Source: Escherichia phage sutha. Taken from it: 64,000 nt of DNA. The notes beneath the pieces were generated by a model. It searched no databases. It was not told the DNA's origin and saw only the letters and a program-made list of their open reading frames with translations. The position numbers and the translations under genes were made by a program. The DNA lies in the sequence record PV245934.1; one strand, given 5' to 3'. Each line of letters begins with the position of its first letter. Positions within the stretch are counted from its first letter, which is position 1. Below, one piece after another: positions 9,810 through 19,943 of the stretch.

Positions 9810-10717
9810 TTCAATACCTCAATAGCATTACGTAAACCATTTGCTTTTGCATTAAGAGCTTTTAACAATTTAGTGTGTTCGGCAATCTGAGCTTCAACTT
9901 CAACTAGTCGAGATTTGAGGTATTCACGTTCTTCACTCAGATTATCAACCTTTTCTGCTTTAGGTTCTTTTACAACTTGCTTATATGTATTAGGGTTCTT
10001 CAGTTTAATTAGAATGCGTGAACTGTATAACATTGAACCATTATCTTCGGTTTCATCATACATTTCCACCATCGTGCAGAGTTTATAAGACAACGAACGA
10101 ATAGTTTTGTTATGCTTATTAATTTCTCTAGCTGTCATGGTGCCGAGATTACGTGAGTAATAATAAGGAACCTGGATATTAATTAATACTGATGAACCAC
10201 CTGGCTTGTGTGTTACTTCATCAGCAATAACCCAATCCTTAACATGAACTGTATTTGTACGGTCATCGCCTGCGGTAAATAGTTTGCGAGCATGCTTAAA
10301 AAGCATATTCACTTGGTCATTGAATTGACAAGCAAATTTATCAGCAAATTTAGTTTCAGGAATGGTAGATAACCAATCAGCCAAATGGGTCTTTTTAACA
10401 TCGTTAACAATAGTAAATTCAACCAAATCAGTTATAGATGTCTCAGATTTAATAAAGCTCGGCTTCATAAAGTTTTTAATGTTATCACGAGCTATCACAG
10501 AAGATAGTAATCGGGAACGTTTGAACCACTCTAGCAAAGAACCAAGAGAATGTGAATACGCGTTTTGTGTATCTTTACAAATATGGTTTTCCCATCCAAT
10601 ATAGTCTAAAAAATCACGAAGAATATTATTGATTACTGCTCTGTGTCCTATCTGATAATTACGATGTTTAGTAATAAGACTATCAAAATAATCAATATAA
10701 TGTTTACGAGTTTTCAT
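9806..10717 (-). CDS. hypothetical protein, member 1 of tandem paralog family (C-terminal coiled coil)
   Basis: 303 aa; MKTRKHY N-terminus and C-terminal heptad-rich tail shared with the next three ORFs. Confidence 0.5.
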   Translation of the reverse strand: MKTRKHYIDYFDSLITKHRNYQIGHRAVINNILRDFLDYIGWENHICKDTQNAYSHSLGSLLEWFKRSRLLSSVIARDNIKNFMKPSFIKSETSITDLVEFTIVNDVKKTHLADWLSTIPETKFADKFACQFNDQVNMLFKHARKLFTAGDDRTNTVHVKDWVIADEVTHKPGGSSVLINIQVPYYYSRNLGTMTAREINKHNKTIRSLSYKLCTMVEMYDETEDNGSMLYSSRILIKLKNPNTYKQVVKEPKAEKVDNLSEEREYLKSRLVEVEAQIAEHTKLLKALNAKANGLRNAIEVLK

Positions 10718-10769
10718 GTTCTTCTCACTTGGTTAATGATTTATGCTCCGAACCATCCTTGGCTTTAAA

Positions 10770-11822
10770 TTACTTAATTAACTGTAAAGCTTGTTCCAAA
10801 CGATCAAGGCGATTAACAGATTCTTCCCAAATCCTTTTAGCCTTCTCATATTCTTTCTGCGCTTTATTAGAAATTTCTAGAACTTCTTTATAAGCTTTTT
10901 CTAGTGCAATAACTTCTGGACGAATTTCTATCGGTTCAGGCGAATCATCAAGATTATCCATTAGTTCCTCAAGTGTAGTTTCTTCTTTAGGAGTATTCAC
11001 AATTTCATCACATTTTTGTTGGTAAATTTCTTTATCAGTCGGTGAATAAGCACATTTCACTTCACGAAGACTAACTACAATTTTGTATCCTTCCCAACCA
11101 CACGTATTTTTAAAAGGATAAGTATGAATATTTTCTACCGTTTCCATACAAAGTAATGCAGTCTCTAATTGCCAAGTTATATCACTAGCAATTGAGAAAA
11201 ATTTATTAATGTTCTTTTGATTAGTTTCTGGTGTAAAAAATCTGTAATTAATAAAAATAGCTACTTTGTTTTTATCAAGCTCATATTCTTCTGCTATAAT
11301 CATATCATCAGCTAATGGATGAATTTGACGATAACCGCCATAGCATAATTTAGAAGCTGATTTTAGAATTTGCTTCGTAAAACTCCTAAATTCACTAACC
11401 CAACGACGAGTAAAAATATTCTCAGGGTCTTCTTTATTATTGAGATGATAAGAATTAACATCACCGAACCAATTATATCCTACTACATCTTTAGTTCGTT
11501 TAATTTCTTTCCCAAATTTACCAAGAATATCTCTGTTGACTAAGTATGAAAGAAGACGAGACCCTTTAAAGGTTTTCTTAATGTCATCTTTATCTGTACG
11601 ACTAGAAATTTCACGAACTTCATGAATAAATTTGCCAGAAGAAACAATGCTTACATCAATATTATTGAGCCATTGATTGATAATAGAAAGAACACTATTC
11701 TGACTAGACATAGGTTTAACTTTATCATCAATAACACTGTTGAATGATTTGATATATTCGTTACGAGTCATATTAATCTCCTCAGTAGAAAGTAAGAACA
11801 TTATACCACATCCTTGTGGCAA
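10770..11822 (-). CDS. hypothetical protein, paralog family member 2
   Basis: 350 aa; FxxQ(I)LKSASKL motif and C-terminal coiled coil shared with 11829..12857. Confidence 0.5.
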   Translation of the reverse strand: MPQGCGIMFLLSTEEINMTRNEYIKSFNSVIDDKVKPMSSQNSVLSIINQWLNNIDVSIVSSGKFIHEVREISSRTDKDDIKKTFKGSRLLSYLVNRDILGKFGKEIKRTKDVVGYNWFGDVNSYHLNNKEDPENIFTRRWVSEFRSFTKQILKSASKLCYGGYRQIHPLADDMIIAEEYELDKNKVAIFINYRFFTPETNQKNINKFFSIASDITWQLETALLCMETVENIHTYPFKNTCGWEGYKIVVSLREVKCAYSPTDKEIYQQKCDEIVNTPKEETTLEELMDNLDDSPEPIEIRPEVIALEKAYKEVLEISNKAQKEYEKAKRIWEESVNRLDRLEQALQLIK

Positions 11823-11829
11823 AGTAAAC
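11801..11829 (-). promoter_or_regulatory. early promoter
   Basis: GTTTAC -35 with GTATAA -10-like hexamer. Confidence 0.4.
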
Positions 11830-12857
11830 TAGTTCAGTGCATTTAGTGCATTGTTCAGTTTAGAACGTTGCTTCGTAAGATTTTTGACTTTTTCTTGAGC
11901 TTTTTCTAGTATCTTTTCAGCTTCTAGCACTTCATTAGTTGCTTTAACGAGTTCATCATCTACTGCCTTGATAGACTTCTCAATCGCATCCGCGTGCCAT
12001 TTTTCAACAGGTTTAAGACTCGGATTTTCAACAGGAAGAAAATTCACTTTATTGAATTTCCATGCATCATTATTACCTGAACTATACATCCAAAATTTAG
12101 GATCGTTTGATGAGTAATTGGATAAATTTAAATTTAAGTTATCTTGCACTTCTTGCTTTTTCTCTTGCGGGACTTCGTCCTTTCTCAAAAAATCGTATTT
12201 AAATGAAACGATCATATCAAGTTCATACGTTGTTGTGTCTAATTTAAATCGTTCAAAACGAGGTAAAATCTTAGATTGAACAGCAGCAACAACATCCATA
12301 TACTTAAATGCTTCTGTCAACTGCGATTTAAGGCATTCGCAAATTGAAAGAGAATTTTTTGTATTAGGTTTAAAGCTAATTCGTGCAGTTCTATTATTTT
12401 CTTTTAATGGTCTTACTTCCATCTGAAGAGTATAACCATCAAATTTCAGATTCTTTAAGTTAATATCAGAACCTTTTAACCGACTCGCAGTTGATAAAAT
12501 TTGCTTTAATTGTCTACGGAACAGAGCAATAAATCTCCATTCAATACGATAATGATTTGGATTGAAAAATCCAGATGATAAATCGACCTTACTTTGACCA
12601 ACGCCTTGAACAAATAGAGGATTTTTATAATCAATAGTTTTACAGAAATCGGTGAGCTGCTCACGGGCCGTCATTTGTGTAATATACCCTGCTTTACTAA
12701 AATTACGCACCCATTCACTGCTATTCGTATACTTAAAGTGATGAATAACACGATTAACTTTATCAGGGTCTAAATTATTTTCACACAAAAATGTCATAGC
12801 ATCACGAGTATAGCTGGCATTACGAACCATATCTTCAATTTGAGAACGAGTTTTCAT
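11829..12857 (-). CDS. hypothetical protein, paralog family member 3
   Basis: 342 aa; MKTRSQIEDMVRNAS..., RRQLKQILSTASRL, C-terminal coiled coil. Confidence 0.5.
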   Translation of the reverse strand: MKTRSQIEDMVRNASYTRDAMTFLCENNLDPDKVNRVIHHFKYTNSSEWVRNFSKAGYITQMTAREQLTDFCKTIDYKNPLFVQGVGQSKVDLSSGFFNPNHYRIEWRFIALFRRQLKQILSTASRLKGSDINLKNLKFDGYTLQMEVRPLKENNRTARISFKPNTKNSLSICECLKSQLTEAFKYMDVVAAVQSKILPRFERFKLDTTTYELDMIVSFKYDFLRKDEVPQEKKQEVQDNLNLNLSNYSSNDPKFWMYSSGNNDAWKFNKVNFLPVENPSLKPVEKWHADAIEKSIKAVDDELVKATNEVLEAEKILEKAQEKVKNLTKQRSKLNNALNALN

Positions 12858-12865
12858 GGTATTCC

Positions 12866-13774
12866 TTAAGATTTAAGTAAATCAACAATTTTAATTAACT
12901 TTTCACGCTCAGATTTAGCTTTACTACTCAGTCCAGATAGTCTGAAAATTTCATCATCATATTGTTGAATAGAAATATTCAGCTCTTCAATCTGCTTATT
13001 AAAATAATCAATTTGTTCAGAATGTTTTTCGTTACTACGAACTGGTACAGGTTTTGCAGGCAATGTAGTTGAACTGGATTCATCCGGGCGATAAATTAAA
13101 ATACAACTTGAACCAATAGGGCATTTTGCACCAGATGAATATTCTAATGTTCCAGCTTCTTTTAAAACTTCAAAAGCTAAACAGAGATGATGCCCCATAT
13201 TAACATAATCTGTAGAGTGAGCTCTGATGTAATAATCATCTCCACGAGTACTAAATTTAAAGCATTTAAGGTCTTCTGTATTATTGGTCTTAAAAATCAT
13301 TTGTTTATCTAGACCTTTAGCTAATCGAGCACCTAATGCTAATAATCGTCGTTGATTTTCCCACAAATCTGCGATCATTTGGTCAAATGATAATTTCGGC
13401 ATTAGTCGACCATAAAGGTCATATCCTTTATTATAATTGCGAAGGATTTCACTCGCATTAATACGAGACAACGCTCCAATTTTATTAAGGGCTTTCATAA
13501 TGCGATTAGATAAAAGCATTCCAGACCCGTTTGTTCGTTGTAAATGTTTTTCTAATCCAAATCCAATATCAACTTTAAACTTATCTAAAATTTCGGCGTG
13601 AACATCTTTATCAATAACATTTAAATTTAGTACTGGGTTAAATTTATGAAAAAATTTATCTGACTCGTCGTGTTGAAGTACAGTCCATTCATTTGATTTT
13701 TTATTAACTAAAGATTTAATTACTGCATTGACATTATTAATTGCTACTGACATATTTTCCTCACTCAATTTCAA
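12866..13774 (-). CDS. hypothetical protein, paralog family member 4
   Basis: 302 aa; NQRRLLALGARLAKG motif and C-terminal coiled coil. Confidence 0.45.
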   Translation of the reverse strand: MKLSEENMSVAINNVNAVIKSLVNKKSNEWTVLQHDESDKFFHKFNPVLNLNVIDKDVHAEILDKFKVDIGFGLEKHLQRTNGSGMLLSNRIMKALNKIGALSRINASEILRNYNKGYDLYGRLMPKLSFDQMIADLWENQRRLLALGARLAKGLDKQMIFKTNNTEDLKCFKFSTRGDDYYIRAHSTDYVNMGHHLCLAFEVLKEAGTLEYSSGAKCPIGSSCILIYRPDESSSTTLPAKPVPVRSNEKHSEQIDYFNKQIEELNISIQQYDDEIFRLSGLSSKAKSEREKLIKIVDLLKS

Positions 13775-14168
13775 TTTTACTAAATATACAGAATAAGATG
13801 GAACAGACTATATAAGCACCACACACAGATTGAACTAATACCATTCCAAAGAACCAAACAATATTATCAAACAGTGTCTGTTTTACGTCGAAAGGACGTA
13901 AACTTACAGTAATATTATCACCTTTTTCTATTGAAGAATACATCTCTGGGGAAATATATTCACTAAATCTATAACCGTCTTTGAGTTCATATACGGCAAT
14001 AAACGATAAACTAGACCCTTTTCCTTGTGTTCCTGTAATGGTATTAACTACAGTAACATCATAATCTTTATAATGCATATAATCATTAATAGCATAATAA
14101 CCGTATGCAACTACTACGCATAAACAACATATCAATAAATTCAATCTTTTAATTATCAACTGTTTCAT
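13761..14168 (-). CDS. membrane protein
   Basis: N- and C-terminal hydrophobic helices. Confidence 0.4.
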   Translation of the reverse strand: MKQLIIKRLNLLICCLCVVVAYGYYAINDYMHYKDYDVTVVNTITGTQGKGSSLSFIAVYELKDGYRFSEYISPEMYSSIEKGDNITVSLRPFDVKQTLFDNIVWFFGMVLVQSVCGAYIVCSILFCIFSKIEIE

Positions 14169-14223
14169 AATAATCTCAATTAAAAGGGCTTAGAACCATT
14201 ATACCATCCTTGGTATAAAGCGG

Positions 14224-14751
14224 TTATGCGAGTACCGTCTTTAACCGTTCTTCAAACTTCCGAAGAGTATTTTGGCGTTCAGCTCTTTGCTTTTTGTAAG
14301 TTTCAATACGCTCTGAAATGAGAGTGTATCGTTCATTTACTGATTCTTTCATAAAATCAGGAATTTCACGAGAAGCTTTAATCTCATCAAATTTATCAAT
14401 AACAGCTTGCTCTTCAGCAATTAAGTTATCATACATCAAAATATCTTTCTTGATGAACTCAATATCTTCTTGAGTTACACGAGATAATTTAGATGCTTTA
14501 TCCTTTTTGTACTGTTCGTTAGTATCACGAGACCAGTGTAATGTACGATTTTTATTCGTATTCTTGTAAATTTCTACAATACCAATCTCATCAATAATAA
14601 CGATCCAATTCCAACGGGATTTGTAAATTTGTCCTCCATCAACAGTGATTTCACCTCCGATTGAGATGTCATTAAAGAACTTGCTTTGTGCTTCAGATTT
14701 AAATTTACCATCGTTGTAATTTACCAAGTTGAAAATATCTTTAGCGTTCAT
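14224..14751 (-). CDS. hypothetical protein
   Basis: 175-aa ORF downstream of an early promoter. Confidence 0.45.
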   Translation of the reverse strand: MNAKDIFNLVNYNDGKFKSEAQSKFFNDISIGGEITVDGGQIYKSRWNWIVIIDEIGIVEIYKNTNKNRTLHWSRDTNEQYKKDKASKLSRVTQEDIEFIKKDILMYDNLIAEEQAVIDKFDEIKASREIPDFMKESVNERYTLISERIETYKKQRAERQNTLRKFEERLKTVLA

Positions 14752-14779
14752 TTTCTGTTCCTCCGTAGTTGATAGTTGT

Positions 14780-14809
14780 ATAGTACCACAGAGGAACAGT
14801 CTTGTAAAC
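14780..14809 (-). promoter_or_regulatory. early promoter
   Basis: GTTTAC, 18 nt, TACTAT inside conserved block gatagttgtatagtacca. Confidence 0.5.
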
Positions 14810-14811
14810 CA

Positions 14812-15126
14812 CTAAAAGAAACTTCTTTCACAATTTTTTCCACTGAACCAAGCGCTCACTGCTTTCTTAGTCTCAGGAGCAGTGTTATCCATAAACCATT
14901 CAAAGGCAGCCTTTTTATGATTCTGGAGGGCTTCTCGGGCTTTAATCTGCTCACGGTCTATTAACACTAACATATGAGCCTTTCTTGTCACCAGGGGCTT
15001 CTTATGATTTTTTGAATATTCCCAATCATTTGTCCATCGCATCGTTGTTGCGAACTGAAATACTGCTTCTTTAATTTTAGTTTCGTAAATTTCACGAGCC
15101 TTTGAGTATAACATCATTACCTCCAT
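14812..15126 (-). CDS. hypothetical protein
   Basis: 104-aa ORF. Confidence 0.4.
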   Translation of the reverse strand: MEVMMLYSKAREIYETKIKEAVFQFATTMRWTNDWEYSKNHKKPLVTRKAHMLVLIDREQIKAREALQNHKKAAFEWFMDNTAPETKKAVSAWFSGKNCERSFF

Positions 15127-15216
15127 TTACCAGTTTAATTCTAGTCATCTTTTTAACGGCAGTCCATATAATCTATTTCTGAACTGCCTTTTTGTCTTAG
15201 AAGGCCTCTTATGAAT

Positions 15217-16185
15217 TTATTTCAGAAGAGTAACCTCAGCGATTTCTTGCCAACCGTTTTTGTCGGTCATAATAAAGTCAGCAAGATACAGAGCAGTACG
15301 CAGTGAAACATTGCGTAAACGATTAACATTGACTTTCATCCATGATAATGCTTTATAAGTTTCTTCATCAGAAAGACCGCGCTTTTGCATCATGTCGGTT
15401 GAAAGAATAACATCTTCAACCCTGACCATAATTTCTTCATTAGTGTGAACACCCAAATCCAAATAAACTGAGCGGGACACTAATGCTTGTAAATGTGGAG
15501 CAAGTTTAGTACCACGGTCTAATTCGCGGTCAATGTCAACGTTTGTGATAAAAACAATCGTTCCTTTAAATTCAAACTCACGCTCAATGCCTTTTTCTTC
15601 TAAGTAAGAAGATGCGGTGCTCCAGCAGACTTTACGGGTCTCTCCAGTGTCCAGAGCAGCTTTCAGAAGATTAAGAATGTCCATATCAGAGAAAACATCC
15701 ACATCATCAATCAAAAGGACAGAATTCTCTTCACGATTATTCCAAAGCTGTTCATAAAGACCGATACCAGAGATTTTACCATTAATGCTTTTATATTCAA
15801 TGTATCCATTATCATTTGCTTTATTCAAAGCTTTATCTAAAGAATACGTTTTACCAATACCCGCCGCACCAGAGATAATCAATGAACGAATATTTCCGTT
15901 AATAATACCATTCGTCATCATTCCCATAACATTAAATCTTTTATTAATGCGGGTTTTCATATCTTCATATGATTCTTTAACTTCTTCAACTTTTACACCA
16001 TCATATGAAATATCTGATTTGTAAACCCAAACACCGCGACGTTTACCGTCAATTTCAACAAAAACTTTACCATCTCCTTGTGCATCTACCGGAGCATTAT
16101 CTGGGAACCATTCGCCTAAGAGCTCAAAAGTTCCAGAGATTTCTTTACCGAAGTAGATACCCTTATTGATAGTTACAGTTTTCAT
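15217..16185 (-). CDS. AAA+/P-loop ATPase
   Basis: Walker A GAAGIGKT and Walker B-like LLIDDVD; track start is TTG, ATG at MKTV preferred. Confidence 0.55.
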   Translation of the reverse strand: MKTVTINKGIYFGKEISGTFELLGEWFPDNAPVDAQGDGKVFVEIDGKRRGVWVYKSDISYDGVKVEEVKESYEDMKTRINKRFNVMGMMTNGIINGNIRSLIISGAAGIGKTYSLDKALNKANDNGYIEYKSINGKISGIGLYEQLWNNREENSVLLIDDVDVFSDMDILNLLKAALDTGETRKVCWSTASSYLEEKGIEREFEFKGTIVFITNVDIDRELDRGTKLAPHLQALVSRSVYLDLGVHTNEEIMVRVEDVILSTDMMQKRGLSDEETYKALSWMKVNVNRLRNVSLRTALYLADFIMTDKNGWQEIAEVTLLK

Positions 16186-16221
16186 TTTATTCTCCAATTT
16201 TACATTTGTTTTGATAGGGTA

Positions 16222-16251
16222 ATAGTATCACACTACTACCCTGCTGTAAAC
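16222..16251 (-). promoter_or_regulatory. early promoter
   Basis: GTTTAC, 18 nt, TACTAT; 6-bp inverted repeat agggta/taccct flanks the -10. Confidence 0.5.
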
Positions 16252-16254
16252 AAT

Positions 16255-16518
16255 TTATTTTAATGTTTGCCAAATTTTTACTGCTTCGCGACGAGATACT
16301 TCTACGGCGCCAAGTTCTATAGCTTTTTGGCGTCGCCGAGCGTGTAAGTCATAATGTTTAATGCGTTTATCTTGAAACCAAGAACGTTTCATTCCTATTG
16401 CTTCTGCCATTTCGTGAAGCTCTTCAATATCTCCATCAGTGAACATATGACAATTTTTAGTTGGATGACCGCGAAGTTTCCATCCATGATTCATTAAAAC
16501 ATCTACGTAAACTGTCAT
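16255..16518 (-). CDS. hypothetical protein
   Basis: 87-aa basic protein. Confidence 0.45.
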   Translation of the reverse strand: MTVYVDVLMNHGWKLRGHPTKNCHMFTDGDIEELHEMAEAIGMKRSWFQDKRIKHYDLHARRRQKAIELGAVEVSRREAVKIWQTLK

Positions 16519-16700
16519 TGATTCTTCTCCAAATAAGTTTCGATAATTTTCTGGGCGAGATAAACCGCGTTATCTTCAGTTGCGTCTTCTAAGAAACTTT
16601 CAAAACACTCTGAAATTTCTTCTGTATCAATCAACTTTTTTACTTCAATTGGTGTAATTTTCATTTTGTTTTCCGTTTAAGTGTTTGTTTTGATAGTTGT

Positions 16701-16730
16701 ATAGTACCATAAAGCTTTATGCTTGTAAAC
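16701..16730 (-). promoter_or_regulatory. early promoter
   Basis: Same conserved block gatagttgtatagtacca ... gtaaac. Confidence 0.5.
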
Positions 16731-16750
16731 CATTTTGTGAAAAAATTTTG

Positions 16751-16778
16751 AAATAAAAAAAAGGAGCCCGAAGGCTCC
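16751..16778 (-). terminator. rho-independent terminator (minus strand)
   Basis: Hairpin ggagcc-cgaa-ggctcc followed by 8+ U; just downstream of the nucleotidyltransferase gene. Confidence 0.65.
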
Positions 16779-16781
16779 CTA

Positions 16782-17795
16782 TCATTTATAATAACTTCGG
16801 TGGTTTTCAAGATAAACCCTCTCAAGGAAGTCATCCCAGAAACCCATGTCTACTTTTTGCTGCATACCGTTCTTAGAAGCTTCAATGGATGCTGCTTCTA
16901 CTTGATCGACCACATCTTCCAAAAACTCTTGAACAGTTTTAAATGGATGCTTACCCAGCTTCACGTCGAGAATAAATGGAGCATCTTGGAGTGGATAAAC
17001 CAAGTCACCAGTTTTGTAAATTTCCAATAGTTGAAGTCCACCACGGCAGGCATGGCTCAGAGCTTTCCAGTCAATGCCTTCGTTGGCTTCGGCCTTACGA
17101 GCACGTTCACCGTATTCAGCATCTAATTTGTTCAGTGACTGCTTAAGCTCAATAAGAGAAAGCGTTGTCTGATATTTACGACCCAACACAGTGTAGAACG
17201 TTTGCGGGCCTGTTTTCTCATGATTATGGAACACCCATTCACAGAATTCGTTTTCTGGAAGACGATGCTTAATATCTTCAACTTTAGTACGACGCTGCTT
17301 AATGGAACCGTCTTCTTGGTAATCAACCCATTGCTCAGGGATTTGATTAACTACTTTCAATACATCGCGTAATGCAGCCAAACGAGAACCCTTGACACCG
17401 TATTTAGAAGCTTGCTTGCGGACATATCCTAAATAGGATTTCATGTTAGTCGTATAAAAACGAGAACGGTTGTCTTGAATAAACTTCCACACATCAGGCA
17501 AATCAGATTTAACCACTAGCTCAGGTGGAGTGTGGAGCATATCCAATGCTACAGTTTCACCATCTGCTGCTAATTTAAAGAAATATTTAAGACTGTATAG
17601 TTCATGGTCAATATCATCTTTAGTGTTTTTAGATGATGTGTTGTTAGTGTTTTTACTCATATGCTCTTTAACATTTCCGATAAGAATATCGCGAGCAGGA
17701 GGAACAAAGATTTCTTTAAAATCTACATCAGATTCTGGAGTAGAAGTTCCATAAAGATGACTACCAAAATAGCTTTTCATTACTGTTTTCATCAT
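16782..17795 (-). CDS. predicted nucleotidyltransferase (pol-beta superfamily)
   Basis: GSHLYGTSTPESDVDF matches the GS...DxD nucleotidyltransferase signature; hairpin terminator follows. Confidence 0.55.
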   Translation of the reverse strand: MMKTVMKSYFGSHLYGTSTPESDVDFKEIFVPPARDILIGNVKEHMSKNTNNTSSKNTKDDIDHELYSLKYFFKLAADGETVALDMLHTPPELVVKSDLPDVWKFIQDNRSRFYTTNMKSYLGYVRKQASKYGVKGSRLAALRDVLKVVNQIPEQWVDYQEDGSIKQRRTKVEDIKHRLPENEFCEWVFHNHEKTGPQTFYTVLGRKYQTTLSLIELKQSLNKLDAEYGERARKAEANEGIDWKALSHACRGGLQLLEIYKTGDLVYPLQDAPFILDVKLGKHPFKTVQEFLEDVVDQVEAASIEASKNGMQQKVDMGFWDDFLERVYLENHRSYYK

Positions 17796-18262
17796 TCAGC
17801 CTTATATTCAATAACAGGACATACTTTAGCTTTACGCGCTTTTAAAAATTCGACGATAATAGACTTCTTGGGTTGAATAGGAGGTAAACCTTTATACGCC
17901 CTATCAATATTTTCTACATGTAAAGCATAATCCTTTTTCCATTTATAATCTTTATAATCTTTATATTTTTCATGCAGTTGTGCAGGAATAACAAATGAAC
18001 CAATAATAAGTAAAACAAGCAAAATAGCAAGTATAAATGCTGATGGAATAAGAGTCCATAAACTACCAAAAATAAGCCATTTCTGCATGATTTCTGCGCA
18101 GATGATAGTTAGACCTGCTAGTATAGTACATCCGAAAAAAGAAACGAAAAATGTAGGAATAACAATAGACCAAAAATACGCGCACAGTGTCTTAGGTCGT
18201 TTCCATTCATCATTAAACATTTTGAATAATTTATAGTGCCAAGAGCTTTCATTAATAATCAT
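17792..18262 (-). CDS. integral membrane protein
   Basis: Three to four hydrophobic helices. Confidence 0.45.
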   Translation of the reverse strand: MIINESSWHYKLFKMFNDEWKRPKTLCAYFWSIVIPTFFVSFFGCTILAGLTIICAEIMQKWLIFGSLWTLIPSAFILAILLVLLIIGSFVIPAQLHEKYKDYKDYKWKKDYALHVENIDRAYKGLPPIQPKKSIIVEFLKARKAKVCPVIEYKAE

Positions 18263-18264
18263 AA

Positions 18265-18786
18265 TTATCCTTTCATTGAAGGTGTAACAGTTGTTAAATA
18301 CTTAATCATAGCTTCAGCTTCTGATTTTGATAATGAAATTTCTCCATTGTTTTGACGAATAGAAATAAAATCCGGATGACGGTCACCACCAGCTTTTAAA
18401 ACACACATATAAGTATCAGTTTCATCTTCAATATCTGAAATGATTGAAGCAGTTCCACATGAATGTGGTTTTTGATAAATCAATGCAGCTTTTCTTCCAC
18501 CGTTTGACTGCTCATAGGCTTTTAATACATCAAGCAAATCAGTTCTTTTATCAATAGCTAAGATGTTGTTTTCATCTTCAATGTTAAATCCTTCGGATAC
18601 TTCATAAAGTGTCACCCATAAATCGCCAATATCAATGACAGCATTCACCTTTCCATGATTTTCAAGAGCATTACAAATTTTCTTGATTTCGTCATAACTC
18701 ATTTTAATAATATCATCTCCTTGAATAAGGAAGATGTCATTTTTAAATTTAACACGAATTAAACCACTTTCACTTGAAATAAACAT
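18265..18786 (-). CDS. hypothetical protein (paralog of 18793..19347)
   Basis: Shared GFNIE(D/S)E and C-terminal (K/T)YL(T/D)(T/S)V(T/I)P(S/T)M motifs. Confidence 0.45.
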   Translation of the reverse strand: MFISSESGLIRVKFKNDIFLIQGDDIIKMSYDEIKKICNALENHGKVNAVIDIGDLWVTLYEVSEGFNIEDENNILAIDKRTDLLDVLKAYEQSNGGRKAALIYQKPHSCGTASIISDIEDETDTYMCVLKAGGDRHPDFISIRQNNGEISLSKSEAEAMIKYLTTVTPSMKG

Positions 18787-18792
18787 ATTTCC

Positions 18793-19347
18793 TCACTTTG
18801 AAATCATAGTTGGAATGACAGAATCAAGATAAGTCTTTAGCGCAATAGCTTCGTCTTTGGTAAATGTGACAATATGCGATCGAAAATCATCAATTTGGCG
18901 AATAGTTAAGACATCTCCCTCTTCATAGCATTTTGATACATTTAAAAGAGTTTCATCATTCTGATTGCAAGCGTTAGTAATAATAGCATTGCAATTTTTA
19001 AGCCATTTTAAACTACGTTTTCTTTCATTAGAATAATAAAAATATTTAATCTTAGCTATAAAACTATCCCAATGGATAACTGATAAGCATATTGACTCGC
19101 TTTCAATATTAAATCCTGGGCATGAAGAATAAAAATGAATTTTATGCTCATCATTAATGCTTACAATTTTATCAGTATAAGGATTTTCAATTTGGGTTAA
19201 ATGAATGATTTCACTAGGCGTAAAATATAGCATATCGTCTTCTTGTGTCAAACGATACATATTATTTACTTTTTCTATAGCCAATTCACCAAAAAGTGAA
19301 CTAACTTCTAATACTAATCGTTTCATATTAATCCTTTTTATTGGCAC
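18793..19347 (-). CDS. hypothetical protein (paralog of 18265..18786)
   Basis: See paralog motifs. Confidence 0.45.
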   Translation of the reverse strand: MPIKRINMKRLVLEVSSLFGELAIEKVNNMYRLTQEDDMLYFTPSEIIHLTQIENPYTDKIVSINDEHKIHFYSSCPGFNIESESICLSVIHWDSFIAKIKYFYYSNERKRSLKWLKNCNAIITNACNQNDETLLNVSKCYEEGDVLTIRQIDDFRSHIVTFTKDEAIALKTYLDSVIPTMISK

Positions 19348-19606
19348 GAATTTGTTCTAAAATTTTAGAGTATTCCTTTGTATCAGATTTACGTACAATC
19401 GATACACAATAAGGCATACTGTCGGTGTCTTTTATAAAGCGTTCCAAATGACACTCTAATAAAATTTCTGGATTATAAATCGTGTACATCAAATTACCTG
19501 TTGCTCCACGATATTGACAGATTTCTACTGATTGAACACCATTCCATAATTTTGTTAAGACCAAATCACCTACTTCTAATTTAGGAAAGCCCATGTTATT
19601 CACCAA
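19328..19606 (-). CDS. hypothetical protein
   Basis: 92-aa ORF. Confidence 0.4.
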   Translation of the reverse strand: MVNNMGFPKLEVGDLVLTKLWNGVQSVEICQYRGATGNLMYTIYNPEILLECHLERFIKDTDSMPYCVSIVRKSDTKEYSKILEQIRANKKD

Positions 19607-19781
19607 TTAAAGTTTCAATATAAGAATCAAGATTTACTTTAGCTTCTTCCATAAGAGTTTTGTATTTAATCTTGTTAGCATGTCCGGAGAAAGCTGATTC
19701 ATCAATAATTGTTGATGTATGAACAGCTTTACTATACGTCTCAATTAATTCTCTTAATTTAAAAGCCTGCTCACTTGTCAT
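19596..19781 (-). CDS. hypothetical protein
   Basis: 61-aa ORF downstream of palindromic early promoter. Confidence 0.4.
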   Translation of the reverse strand: MTSEQAFKLRELIETYSKAVHTSTIIDESAFSGHANKIKYKTLMEEAKVNLDSYIETLIGE

Positions 19782-19901
19782 TACATACTCCTCTGAATCA
19801 TATCAATAATGTTGTTCACCAGATTATAAGTAAACAAAGGATAATTATATTGAATCATCACATACACAACAAACAAAATTTTCATTCTCTTCTCCTTGGC
19901 A

Positions 19902-19943
19902 GTTGACAAGATTACTATACCATAACCTTGTCAACTTGTAAAC
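19902..19943 (-). promoter_or_regulatory. early promoter embedded in 9-bp inverted repeat
   Basis: gttgacaag ... cttgtcaac arms around the -10; GTTTAC -35. Confidence 0.45.
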
